DNA of 64,000 bases, taken from Candidatus Latescibacterota bacterium (GTDB taxonomy: Bacteria; Latescibacterota; UBA2968; UBA8231). Location of the stretch: contig CBDCSU010000006.1 of assembly GCA_965221775.1 (NCBI GenBank), positions 704,001 through 768,000 on the forward strand, given 5' to 3'. Each line of letters begins with the position of its first letter. The first letter of the stretch is position 1. Made by a program: the position numbers and the translations under genes. The notes below the pieces were generated by a model. It was not told the DNA's origin. It ran no database searches and worked only from the letters and a program-made list of their open reading frames with translations. Shown here one piece after another: positions 1-9,900 of this stretch.

Positions 1-2
1 GC

Positions 3-1136
3 TGGATCCTCATCGGCGCACCGGCGGCGGTCCCCGGCGAATGCGTCGACACCTTCGACCCGGAGGCGGACTACTTCCCGCGCAAGGCGGAGCTGCGCCA
101 CGCCGAGAGCTTCGCCGTCGAGTACTTCGGCCACTACAAGCGGGTCACCGTGCACACCCCTTGGCCCGGGGCCGAGGAGCCCGTGCACTACCTGCTGGTG
201 CAGTGCGGCACCCCGGAGCCGGAGGGCCACGAGGGAATCCCCCGGATCACGGTGCCCGTGCGCCGCTTCGCGGCGCTGTCCACGACGCAGCTTCCGCACC
301 TCGAGCTGCTGGACCTCCTCGAGAGCCTGGTCGCGGTCAGCGACATCGGGATGGTCCACTCCCCCGGGGTGAACCAGCGCTTCGCCGACGGCGCCATCGC
401 CGAGATCGGCCACGGCGCCGGGGTCAATCTCGAGGTGGTGCTGGAACTGGAGACCGATCTGGTCATGACCGTCGCCTCGGCCCAGAGCCGCTACAACGCC
501 CACCCGGTCCTGCGGCAGGCGGGCGTGGCCGTGGCCATCAATGCCGAGTACACCGAGCCCACCCTCCTCGGCCGCAGCGAGTGGCTCAAGTTCACCGCCG
601 CCTTCTTCAACGCCGAGGCCCTGGCGGAGGAGCGCTTCGCCGAGATCGAGGCCCGCTACCGGCGCTACGCGGACCTGGTGCGGGACGTGCCCGCCGACGA
701 GCGCCCCTCCGTCTTCGGCGGCTCCCTGTGGCGCGACACCTGGCACGTGGCCGGCGGCCGCAGCTACCCGGCGCAGCTCATCGCCGACGCCGGCGGCCGC
801 TACCTGTGGGCCGGCGACGACTCCCGCGAGAGCCTGCCCCTCGACTTCGAGGCCGTGTACGAGAAGGCCCACGCCGCCGACTTCTGGCTGACCATGCGCA
901 ACGAGTGGCTGTCGCTGGCCGACGTGCGCGCCTCCGACGAGCGCTACGCGGCCTTCGCGGCCTTCGACGAGGGCCGGGTCTACAACGCCAACGCCCGGCT
1001 CAACGAGCACGGCGGCAACGACTACTGGGAGCGGGGCATCTCCGAGCCCGACCTGGTGCTGGCCGACTTCATCCGCATCCTTCATCCCGACCGCCTGCCC
1101 GACCACACCCTGCACTTCTACCGGAGGCTGGAGTGA
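3..1136 (+). CDS. ABC transporter periplasmic binding protein (cobalamin/Fe-siderophore, TroA/BtuF-like), 5' partial
   Basis: The frame of ORF 150..1136 is open back to the window start (..ECVDTFDPEADYFPRKAELRHAESFAVEYF..). Contains EPTLLGRSEWLKF and GNDYWERGISEPDLVLADFIRILHP, typical of this family. Confidence 0.85.
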   Translation, partial: WILIGAPAAVPGECVDTFDPEADYFPRKAELRHAESFAVEYFGHYKRVTVHTPWPGAEEPVHYLLVQCGTPEPEGHEGIPRITVPVRRFAALSTTQLPHLELLDLLESLVAVSDIGMVHSPGVNQRFADGAIAEIGHGAGVNLEVVLELETDLVMTVASAQSRYNAHPVLRQAGVAVAINAEYTEPTLLGRSEWLKFTAAFFNAEALAEERFAEIEARYRRYADLVRDVPADERPSVFGGSLWRDTWHVAGGRSYPAQLIADAGGRYLWAGDDSRESLPLDFEAVYEKAHAADFWLTMRNEWLSLADVRASDERYAAFAAFDEGRVYNANARLNEHGGNDYWERGISEPDLVLADFIRILHPDRLPDHTLHFYRRLE

Positions 1137-1213
1137 GCCCCGTGCCGGCCTCCTCCGCCGCGGCCGACGCTGGCCATGGCCCCGACCGGTTCCGCGCCGG
1201 CGCCTCCGCCCCC

Positions 1214-2728
1214 TCAGCCTCGGGTCCCGTCTTCCGCCGCATCCCGGACCGCCGCTTCCATGGCGGCGATTTCCGCGTCGTCCAGCTCGGGGAACCGCTG
1301 CCGTTTCGCCGCCGAAAGCCGGCCTTCATTCTGCATGCAGAGGCGCACGAACAGGGAGGCCCGGCGGTCCGGCATGTCGACGATCCCGCGCACTGCTTCG
1401 AAGGCGCGGTCGAAGACGGCGATGAATGCAAGTTCCTCCTTGAGATCGCGGCGGACCGTGTCGGCCACGCGGTCGTACAGGTACTCCGCGAAGGCGGTGG
1501 CGTCGAAGTAGCGGTAGAGATGGGCCGTTTCGTTGCCGACGGCGATTTCCCGCCCTGCCGTCCAGTGCCACTGGATGAACTCGAGAATCGGCCGCGAGAA
1601 GGTCTCGAGCACCTCTTCGTAGCTGCGCTGATCGCGGAGAATGGCCGCGGAGACGGGAAAGACGACCCCGGGCGGACTGTACCCCCGCCTGGCGAGAACG
1701 TGATGTACCAGGAAGCGGTGGATGCGGCCGTTCCCGTCCTCGAAGGGATGGATGAAGACGAAGGCGAAGGCGCAGACCGCGGCCGCCACCACGGGATCGA
1801 CCCCCCCCTCGACAACGCGCCGGGTCAATCTCGTCCAGGCCTGCATGAGGTCGACCACGTCCTCGGGGCGCGGGCAGATGAAGTGCACCTCCTCGCGGTA
1901 CTCCCCCACGGTCGAGCCGACGAAGTTCTGCAAATCGCGCCAGCCGCTGGCCGCGTACCGGGGGTCGACGATCTCCCCCTGCAGGCGAACCAGGGCGGCC
2001 GCGTCGGCCGGGTCGAAGTCCGGCGCCTCCTTGAGGGCGGCGACGAAGCGCTCGCTGCGCCGGGCGCCCGGGGTCTCTCCTTCGATGGCGAAGGAGGAGC
2101 GCGTCTCCTTGGTGTAGAGGTAGTTGACGGCCCGGCCGAGGATGACCGGGTCGCAGCTCTCGATGAGCGCGCGCCCCTCCCGACCCACCTGCATGCCGAT
2201 CTGCTCCGTCAGCCTCGGCGTGCGGCGGACCGTGGGGCAGAGACCGGGACCGCCGAGAAGGTTGTCGGCCACGCGGTGGCGCGGGGAATTGCGGCGTACG
2301 GCGACGATGTGCCTGCCGGGATCGAGGGCCATGACGTAGTTGCCGGCGCGGACGTCCTCCAGGTCCAGAGTCCGCCCGGTGAAGGTCTCGTAGAAGAACC
2401 AGGCGCGCCGGCTGAAGGCGCCCGTGGGTTCCCTCCTTGCCCAGGCCTCCAGCTCGGCCGGCTCGACGGCCTGGAGGGCGGCGACCAGGACCCCGAGATC
2501 GACCGGCTCATGGCGCAGGGCGAAACGGAGATGGGCCGCGATGGAACCGTCCGCGGCGTACTGGCGCGGATACCGCTCCACGATTCGCGAGCCGTGCACC
2601 TCGGTTTGCCGCGCGCCGGCTCCGACGTAGCTCTCTACCGCCGGCGCGGGGACGGCCAGGTTCAGCTCGCTCCTCAGCCAGGCCTGGCCGATGGGGTTCC
2701 ATTTTTCCTTACCCACGGGAATCTCCAT
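1214..2728 (-). CDS. Fic family protein (class II, intramolecular inhibitory helix)
   Basis: Canonical Fic motif HPFEDGNGRIHR; upstream (S/T)xxxE(G/N) motif SFAIEG. Confidence 0.9.
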   Translation of the reverse strand: MEIPVGKEKWNPIGQAWLRSELNLAVPAPAVESYVGAGARQTEVHGSRIVERYPRQYAADGSIAAHLRFALRHEPVDLGVLVAALQAVEPAELEAWARREPTGAFSRRAWFFYETFTGRTLDLEDVRAGNYVMALDPGRHIVAVRRNSPRHRVADNLLGGPGLCPTVRRTPRLTEQIGMQVGREGRALIESCDPVILGRAVNYLYTKETRSSFAIEGETPGARRSERFVAALKEAPDFDPADAAALVRLQGEIVDPRYAASGWRDLQNFVGSTVGEYREEVHFICPRPEDVVDLMQAWTRLTRRVVEGGVDPVVAAAVCAFAFVFIHPFEDGNGRIHRFLVHHVLARRGYSPPGVVFPVSAAILRDQRSYEEVLETFSRPILEFIQWHWTAGREIAVGNETAHLYRYFDATAFAEYLYDRVADTVRRDLKEELAFIAVFDRAFEAVRGIVDMPDRRASLFVRLCMQNEGRLSAAKRQRFPELDDAEIAAMEAAVRDAAEDGTRG

Positions 2729-2859
2729 CCGAGAACGCTTATGGTCGTGGAAATAGGATTAGAATAGGCCGTTGGTGTTCAATTATCAATTATTCCGCTA
2801 GTCACGGGGATTCGCCACCCAAACCGGTTATCGTCGTGCAAAAGGGGTTACAAGAGGAC

Positions 2860-3969
2860 GTGGACGTTCAATTGCCACTAGAGATCCGGCCATCGGAACG
2901 GCCGGCCGACAGCCCCCCCTGGCCCCGCCTCGGCGCCCGCCGGGGGCTCTTCCCGGCCCTGGCGGCGGCCCTGCTCGGCCTGTTGGCCCTCAGCCTCGGC
3001 TTCGGGTCGGTCTCCATCCCCCTCGACGCGGTGGTCGCCATCCTCTGGGACGGGACCGGCCAGAAGGAGAGCTGGACCCACATCGTCCACGACATCCGCC
3101 TGCCCCGGGCCCTCACGGCGGTCCTGGCCGGCGCCGCCCTGAGCGCCGGCGGCCTGCAGATGCAGACCCTGTTCCGCAACCCCCTGGCCGACCCCTTCAT
3201 CCTCGGCATCAGCGCCGGCGCCAGCCTCGGGGTGGCCCTGGTCGTCCTGGGCACCGGCGTCACCGGGGGCGGACTCCTCGCCGGGCTCGGGTTCCTCGGC
3301 CAGGCCGGAGTGGTGGCCGCCGCCGTGGCCGGAGCGGGGCTGGTCCTCGGCCTCGTGCTGCTCGTGGGCCGGCGCCTGGAGCACGCCATGACCCTGCTCA
3401 TCCTCGGCCTCATGTTCGGCTACCTGACCGCCGCCCTGGTGAGCGTCCTCCTCTACTTCAGCATCCCCGAGCAGGTGCAGACCTACGTCTTGTGGACCTT
3501 CGGCAGCTTCGGCGCCGTCACCTGGGGCCAGCTCGCCGTGCTGGCGCCGGTGGTGCTCGCCGGCCTGGCCATCGCCGGCCTGCTGGTGAAGCCCCTCAAC
3601 GCCCTCCTCCTCGGCGAGACGTATGCGCGCAGCATGGGCCTGGAGGCGCGGCGGGCGCGGCTGTGGATCATCGCCAGCGCCGCCCTGCTGGCCGGGGCGG
3701 TGACCGCCTATTGCGGCCCCATCGGCTTCGTGGGGGTGGCGGTGCCGCACCTGTGCCGCGCCCTCTTCAACACCTCCGACCACCGGGTGCTGCTGCCGGC
3801 CACCCTGATCCTGGGCGCCATGCTGGCCCTGGGCGCCGACCTGGCGGCGCGCCTTCCCGGCAGCCAGGCCACCCTGCCCCTCAACGCCGTGACCGCCCTC
3901 ATCGGCGCCCCCGTGGTCACCTGGATCATCCTGCGCCGCCGCACCCTGCGGCAGGCCTTCGCCGCCTGA
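2860..3969 (+). CDS. FecCD/BtuC family ABC transporter permease
   Basis: IRLPRALTAVLAGAALSAGGLQMQTLFRNPLADPFILGISAGA and GPIGFVGVAVPH. GTG at 2860 follows AGAGGA. Confidence 0.9.
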   Translation: MDVQLPLEIRPSERPADSPPWPRLGARRGLFPALAAALLGLLALSLGFGSVSIPLDAVVAILWDGTGQKESWTHIVHDIRLPRALTAVLAGAALSAGGLQMQTLFRNPLADPFILGISAGASLGVALVVLGTGVTGGGLLAGLGFLGQAGVVAAAVAGAGLVLGLVLLVGRRLEHAMTLLILGLMFGYLTAALVSVLLYFSIPEQVQTYVLWTFGSFGAVTWGQLAVLAPVVLAGLAIAGLLVKPLNALLLGETYARSMGLEARRARLWIIASAALLAGAVTAYCGPIGFVGVAVPHLCRALFNTSDHRVLLPATLILGAMLALGADLAARLPGSQATLPLNAVTALIGAPVVTWIILRRRTLRQAFAA

Positions 3970-3974
3970 ACGCC

Positions 3975-5030
3975 GTGGGCGCGGCCATCCTGCAGACCCG
4001 GGCCCTGGGCATCGGCTACGCGCCCCGGCGGCGGCCCCGGGTGGAGGTGGCCGCCGACCTCGGCGTGGAGCTGCACGCGGGGGAGCTGGTCTGCCTGCTG
4101 GGCCCCAACGGCGCCGGCAAGTCCACCCTCCTGCGCACCCTGGCCGGCCTGCAGAAGCCGCTCTCGGGCGAGGTCCTCCTCCACGGCCGCGACCTCCACG
4201 CCCTGGGCGAGGCGGAGCGGGCCCGCCATCTCGGGCTGGTCCTGACCGAGCGGGTGGACACGGGCAACCTGTCGGCCTATGCCCTGGCGGCGCTGGGGCG
4301 CTACCCCTACACCGGCTGGGACGGCCGCCTGTCGCCTGAGGACGAGGAGGTGGTGCGCTGGGCCATGGAAGCGGTGGGGGCTCGGGAGCTGGCGGCGCGT
4401 GGCGTCGGCGAGCTGAGCGACGGCGAGCGCCAGAAGGTGACCATCGCCCGGGCCCTGGCCCAGGAGCCGGCGGTCCTCCTCCTCGACGAGCCCACGGCCT
4501 ACCTCGACCTGCCGAGGCGGGTGGAGATCGTGCAGCTCCTGCGGCGCCTGGCCGGCGGGGGAGACCGTGCCGTGCTGCTCTCCACCCACGACCTCGACCT
4601 GGCCCTGCGCAGCGCCGACCGCCTGTGGCTGCTGCCGCCGGGGGGGCCGCTGCAGACCGGGGCTCCGGAGGACCTGGTGCTGAGTGGGGCCTTCCAACAG
4701 ACCTTCGGCGACTTCGACCCGGCCACCGGGTCCTTCCGCCTGGACCCGGAGCCGGAGGGCGAGGTCGGCCTGGAGGGCGAGGGGCTCCCGGCCCGGTGGA
4801 CGGCCCGCGCCCTGGAGCGGGCCGGCTTCCGCGTCGACCCCGGGCGCGAGAGACCGCCCCGCGTCGAGATCCTCGGCAACGGCGACGGGACCTCCTGGCG
4901 GTTGCACACGGCCGCGGGCCCGCGCCTCTGCGCCAGCCTCCACGAGGTGGTCGGCCACTTGCGGGGTCACCAGGCCGAAGCCGAAACCACCCTCGAGGAT
5001 GCCCGGGCCCCTAGTGAGTTCAAAATTTGA
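3975..5030 (+). CDS. ABC transporter ATP-binding protein (FecE/BtuD-like)
   Basis: Walker A GPNGAGKST, signature LSDGERQK, Walker B LLLDEPT, STHD. GTG start inferred. Confidence 0.9.
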   Translation: MGAAILQTRALGIGYAPRRRPRVEVAADLGVELHAGELVCLLGPNGAGKSTLLRTLAGLQKPLSGEVLLHGRDLHALGEAERARHLGLVLTERVDTGNLSAYALAALGRYPYTGWDGRLSPEDEEVVRWAMEAVGARELAARGVGELSDGERQKVTIARALAQEPAVLLLDEPTAYLDLPRRVEIVQLLRRLAGGGDRAVLLSTHDLDLALRSADRLWLLPPGGPLQTGAPEDLVLSGAFQQTFGDFDPATGSFRLDPEPEGEVGLEGEGLPARWTARALERAGFRVDPGRERPPRVEILGNGDGTSWRLHTAAGPRLCASLHEVVGHLRGHQAEAETTLEDARAPSEFKI

Positions 5031-5037
5031 ACCCACT
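5013..5037. promoter_or_regulatory. AT-rich imperfect palindrome, candidate operator
   Basis: AGTG-A-GTTCAAA-A-TTTGAAC-C-CACT at the ATPase 3' end, upstream of the cobalamin-binding gene. Confidence 0.35.
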
Positions 5038-5184
5038 TTGCGCATCTCTTGGACGTGGGGCCGCGTCCTTCGGACGTGCGCGGCCATCCTCGCCTGGATG
5101 ACGTCGATCCTCGCCTAAGGTGCAGGTCATCGCAGAGCAGGTGGCAAGCCTTGTGGCTGAGGGGCGGAAGTGAACGACTACCCG

Positions 5185-6123
5185 ATGACGGAGTCCGCCA
5201 TGCGCGTCGTCTCCCTCCTGCCCAGCAGCACCGAGATCGTCTGCGCCCTCGGCTGCCGCGACCTCCTGGTGGGCCGCTCCCACGAGTGCGACCATCCCCC
5301 CGGGGTCGAGGAACTGCCGGCCTGCACGGCCCCCAAGTTCGACCCGGACGGCACCTCGTACCAGGTCGACCAGCGGGTCAAGGCGATCCTGCAGGAGGCC
5401 GCCTCGGTCTACCGCGTCGACGCCGGACTCCTCGACGAGCTGGCCCCCGACTGGCTGGTGACCCAGTCCCAGTGCGAGGTCTGCGCCGTCAGCCTGAAGG
5501 ACGTGGAGGAGGCCGCCTGTCAGCTGGTGCGCTCGCGGCCGGGCATTCTGTCGCTGGAGCCCAACCGGCTGGAGGATCTCTGGAGCGACATCGAGCGTGT
5601 CGCCCAGGCCCTGGAAGTGGAGGAGCGGGGCCGCGCCCTGGCGGCCCGGCTGCGGGAGCGGCTCCACCAGCTCGCGGCGCTGACCAAGGCTCTCGACGAG
5701 CGCCCCACCGTCGCCTGCATCGAGTGGTTCGAGCCGCTCATGGCCGCCGGCAACTGGATCCCCGAGCTGGTGGAGACCGCCGGCGGCCGCAACCTCCTGT
5801 CCGCCGCCGGGGCCCACTCCCCCTGGCTCTCCTGGGAGGCCCTGGAGGAGGCGCAGCCGGAGTTCATCCTCCTCATGCCCTGCGGCTTCGATGTCCCCCG
5901 GTCGCGGAAGGAGCTGCCGGCGCTGACCGGGCAGCCGGCGTGGGCGCGGCTGCGGGCCGTGCGCGAGGGGCGGGTCTTCCTCACCGACGGCAACCAGTTC
6001 TTCAACCGGCCGGGGCCGCGCCTGGTGGAGTCGGCGGAGATCGTCGCCGAGATCCTCCACCCCCGGCGGTTCGGCGGGGCCCACGAGGACCGGGGATGGG
6101 AGCGCCTGGAAGCCGGACCATGA
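5185..6123 (+). CDS. Cobalamin-binding protein (BtuF/TroA-like)
   Basis: MRVVSLLPSSTEIVCALG..GRSHECDHP, TQSQCEVCAVS, DGNQFFNRPGPRLVESAEI. Confidence 0.85.
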   Translation: MTESAMRVVSLLPSSTEIVCALGCRDLLVGRSHECDHPPGVEELPACTAPKFDPDGTSYQVDQRVKAILQEAASVYRVDAGLLDELAPDWLVTQSQCEVCAVSLKDVEEAACQLVRSRPGILSLEPNRLEDLWSDIERVAQALEVEERGRALAARLRERLHQLAALTKALDERPTVACIEWFEPLMAAGNWIPELVETAGGRNLLSAAGAHSPWLSWEALEEAQPEFILLMPCGFDVPRSRKELPALTGQPAWARLRAVREGRVFLTDGNQFFNRPGPRLVESAEIVAEILHPRRFGGAHEDRGWERLEAGP

Positions 6124-6218
6124 GCCGGGACGAGACCCTGGCCGCGGAGGAGGGATACGAGATCCGCCGCCGCGGGCGGTTCCTGGTCGTCGAGCTGCTC
6201 GAGCCGCACCGGGTCATG
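6120..6218 (+). pseudogene. N-terminal remnant of a probable adenosylcobinamide amidohydrolase (CbiZ-like)
   Basis: ATG overlaps the upstream stop (ATGA). MSRDETLAAEEGYEIRRRGRFLVVELLEPHRV resembles, from memory, CbiZ-family N-termini. It runs directly into the 3' end of the antisense PIN gene. Confidence 0.5.
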
Positions 6219-6636
6219 CCGCGGCCCATGGGTCGATCACCTCGATCCCCGTCTCCGCGAAATCCCGGACGTTCCGTGTCGCCACCGTCATGCCCCGGGA
6301 GCGGGCGATGGCCGCGATCTGACCCTCGGTCTGGGAGAGCGGACGCCCGCTTGCGCGCCGAGCCGCGGCGATCTCCGCGTAGACGCGGGCTGCCGCACTG
6401 TCAAACGGGAGAACCCGACCCGCAAACAGACCGCCGAAAGCACGCTCGGCCGCCTCGGCAAGACCCCGGCGGCGCCCACCCTCGGGCAGGAACGCGATGC
6501 CCGTGCGGATCTCCGCCTCGGTCACCGCCGTCATGAATAGCTCCCGAGTCGGCCGATCGTCGAGCCAGGCCAGGACCTTCGAGCTCGGTGCGCTCTGCAT
6601 CAACTCGGAGACGACATTGGTATCAAGCACCACCAT
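6214..6636 (-). CDS. vapC: VapC/FitB family PIN toxin
   Basis: MVVLDTNVVSELM..TEAEIRTGI..IAAIARSRGMTVATRNVRDF. Confidence 0.92.
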   Translation of the reverse strand: MVVLDTNVVSELMQSAPSSKVLAWLDDRPTRELFMTAVTEAEIRTGIAFLPEGGRRRGLAEAAERAFGGLFAGRVLPFDSAAARVYAEIAAARRASGRPLSQTEGQIAAIARSRGMTVATRNVRDFAETGIEVIDPWAAA

Positions 6637-6892
6637 CGCCGTCGCTCCGGTCGAAGCGGGGTGGTTCGCCCATCGGTTCGCGCGGCGGCAGTTCCAGATC
6701 CACTCCACCGAAGGGCTTGAAGAGCTCGTGGATCGCCGTTCCCAGCCCCCTCGATGGCGCGGCCTCCCGAGCGACCGCCTCGGCCAGTATCAGTCGCGCT
6801 TCCTCTTCCATCGACCGGCCTCGCTCGGCCGCCCGCCTGCGGAGACGGGTCTTTATGTCGTCCTCGAGATTGCGGATGGTGATGCTCGCCAT
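6623..6892 (-). CDS. FitA-like ribbon-helix-helix antitoxin
   Basis: MASITIRNLEDDIKTRLRRRAAERGRSMEEEARLIL; overlaps the toxin start. Confidence 0.9.
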   Translation of the reverse strand: MASITIRNLEDDIKTRLRRRAAERGRSMEEEARLILAEAVAREAAPSRGLGTAIHELFKPFGGVDLELPPREPMGEPPRFDRSDGDGGA

Positions 6893-6933
6893 GCTCATGC
6901 TCCGTGGGTTCGGCTCGAGCCCAAGTTACACGG

Positions 6934-6950
6934 TGATTGCGATGCAATCA
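6934..6950. promoter_or_regulatory. FitAB operator (inverted repeat) overlapping the promoter
   Basis: TGATTGC-GAT-GCAATCA. The half-site resembles the TGATAGCA FitAB site and lies within a minus-strand TTGATT-N17-TAACTT. Confidence 0.6.
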
Positions 6951-6962
6951 ATGTGGCCCAAG

Positions 6963-9900
6963 TCAGCGGATCAGCATGCAGCGCCGGGTCTCGGCGACCT
7001 CACCCGTGGTGAGCCGGTAGAAGTAGAGGCCGCTGGCGACCGGGGCTCCCCGGTCGTCCGTCCCGGTCCAGCGCACCTTGTGCAGGCCCGGGACGCGCGG
7101 CTCGTCGAGGAGCCTGCGGACCCGCTGCCCGAGGAGGTTGTAGATGTCGATGCGCACCCCTCCGGCGGTCCCCAGCCGGAAGGGGATGACCGTGCCGGCG
7201 TTGAAGGGATTGGGGTAGCTCCGCATCAGCTCCGTGGTGCGCGGCACAGCGGAATCCAGGGCCACCGACGTGGGCGGGGATTCCATGGAGAACAGGCCGG
7301 CGCTCGTGGCCACGTAGAGGGTCGACGGATCGAGGGGGTCCACGGCCACGTCGGTGATCCACGGGACCCCGGGATAGCCGGTGTCGAGGGCCCGCCAGGT
7401 GGCGCCTCGGTCGGGGCTGTGGTACAGCTCGCGGTCGGCCGCCAGGTAGAGGGAATTGGGTTCCCGCGGGTGGCCGCGGAGGCGAGCCGTCCTCCACGAT
7501 CCCGACCGGGGCTCCAGGATCCGGCGCCAGGTCCGCCCGGCGTCGGCGGAGACGAAGCACCCCGCGTCGGAGGCCGCGTAGAGGACACCGGGATCTACGG
7601 GATGCCGGGCCAGGTCCAGCCCCGAAGTCCCTGGCTCGAGGCGGCCCACCACCCTCCAGTCGCGGCCGTCCTTGTGGCCGACCCAGAGGGAGTCGCCGTA
7701 GAGGACGGCCAGGCTGTCCCGCGAAGCCAGCAGGGCTCCTCCCGGGCGCAGGTCTCCCATCGACGAATCCTCGCGCTCGGCGTAGGGCCCCACGCTCTCC
7801 CAGGTCCTGCCGTGGTCCGGGCTCATCCACAGGCCCGCGTCGCCGACGTAGATCACGCCCCGTAGAAGACGGTCGGCGAAGATGGAGGGACGTGGCGGAA
7901 AGGGGTTGGCACTGAAGGATGTGCCGAATGCGTTGCTCTCCACGGGCTCCCAGGTGACCCCGCCGGTTGCGCTGCGCATATAGAGCCTGCCGAGAAGGTG
8001 GGCGATCAGCACCTCGCCATCCCATGGGTCCTGGAAGACGACCTCGTAGATGCCCCGGACCCACGGGAAGTACCGCCAACTCTCCAGCCACTGCCAGGCG
8101 CCGCTCCGCTGTCGGTAGAGGCCTATGTAGCGCTCTCCTTCCCTCGACTGGAGGGAGGTCATGTGCAGACGGTCCAGATGGTCGAACCACAAGGTGCCGA
8201 CGGGAGGACCGGTCTCCTCGACCATGGCGGGGGCGGCCGTCTCTCCCCGGTCGGTGGAGACGTACACGCCTCCCGGGGTCTCCACCAGCAGGCCGGAGGG
8301 ACCGAGGGTCCTCACGCCCTCCACATCGTCGTAGGCACCGAACCTGGCGCCGGTCCCCTGCCAGGTCTCGCCGCCGTCGTGGCTGCGGTACAGCCGCCGA
8401 TCGCTGTGGGCGTAGATCAGGCCGGGCTCGTAGTCCGAGACGACCAGACCCTCGATCGCGCTGCCCACGTCCATGTCCAGCATCCGCCAGGTGGCTCCCT
8501 CGTCCGAGGTGTGGCGAAGGCCCCCATAGACAGGCAGGTAGAACCCTCCCGGCGTCCAGGGATCCGGAACGGGAGGGTCCCGGACATACCGAACGGGACT
8601 GGTTCCCACCGGGCTCGCGCCGGACTCGTCGAGCCGCCAGAGCCGGCCTCCCTCCCCTTCCGAGGAGTCGACCCAGGCATAGGTCCGGCCCGGGTCGGCC
8701 GGATGGGATCCGACACCCAGGGCGCGGCCCTCGACGGGGAACTGCCTCCACCTCCGGCCCCCGTCGTCGGAGATGAAGATGGCCCCCTCCGCTGCGGCGT
8801 AGAGTCGGTCCGGGCGATGGTCGTCGACAAAGGCGGCGTCCACGCCCTCGGGCATGGGGACCGCCGACCATGTGGCCCCCCCGTCAAGGGTCGAGTACAC
8901 CCTCTTGAATCCGGAGTGAGGGGGTCCGCCCTCGACGACGTAAGCGGTCAGGGGGTCCTCCGCGTCGCCCCGGACCGTGCTGGTTACATCGAGGTGACTG
9001 AAACGCCAGCCGAAGGTACCGATTTCCGCGAGCATGAAAGGGGCGGGCTGCCAGGTGGCACCTTCGTCGGCAGACCGCCATACGCGCCATCTCGTGCGGC
9101 CGTACCAGGCCCCGCTCGGCGCAGGGTGGATCTGCTGGAGCGGGACTTGCAGGGGGATGCCTGGTCCCTCGGGCCTCCAAGCGCCGGCCAAGGCGGGCAC
9201 GGCGCCGGGGTCCGTCCCCGCGGGCTCCACGACGCGCGGGGGGTCGCCCACGGAGCCGACGCGGACACGCGAAGCCTCGCTCTCGCCTACGTTGCCGTTG
9301 GCGTCCTCCACCACGACGCTGACCGAGTATGCCCCCGCAGGTCCCTCCCACGAGGCCTCGTACACGCCATCCCTTTCGGCCATGGATACCTCCGCCCGCA
9401 GTGTGGAGTCCGGGAGGCCGTGAATCCGGGCGGCCACGCCGCGGATCGGGCTGCCTTCGTGGATGAAGCGGCGGCCCACCCGGACGCTCAGGCCCTCCCG
9501 GGTCGGCGAGAGCCGCACGTACTGCACCCTCGGAGGTGTGATGTCAGGGAGCCGCGTGACCATAAAAGCCGCCGTGTCGGTCCACACCTGGAACCGGGTG
9601 CGCACCTGAAGCACGAAGGTCAGTTCCGTCCCGGCGGCCCCGGCCAGGGCGAGGAACTCCGGCGAGCGCGAGCTGCGGGCGCTCTCCGGTCCCTCGGCGG
9701 CAAAGCGGACGGCCCCGTCGGACACCCGCAGGGCGGCGTTGCCGGGACTGGCCAGATGGAAGCTCAGCGCCGGGAGCAGGTCCGGCGCCGTCGCCGGCAA
9801 TCGGAGATCCAGGTGGAAGAGGTCGCCGGGATCGATGCGGTCCGTCCCCTGCCAGTCCCGCACCTGCCACTGCAGTCCCTCCTGCCGGGCGCTGATCACC

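Noticed and set aside
41-2767. 908-aa plus-strand ORF
   Set aside because: Shadow frame. It is Arg/Pro/Gly-rich out-of-frame sequence over the binding protein, then antisense to Fic.
2729-5184. Cobalamin riboswitch in the intergenic gaps of the B12 locus
   Set aside because: No B12-box or GGGAA/GCCACTG core recognised. One may lie upstream of the window.
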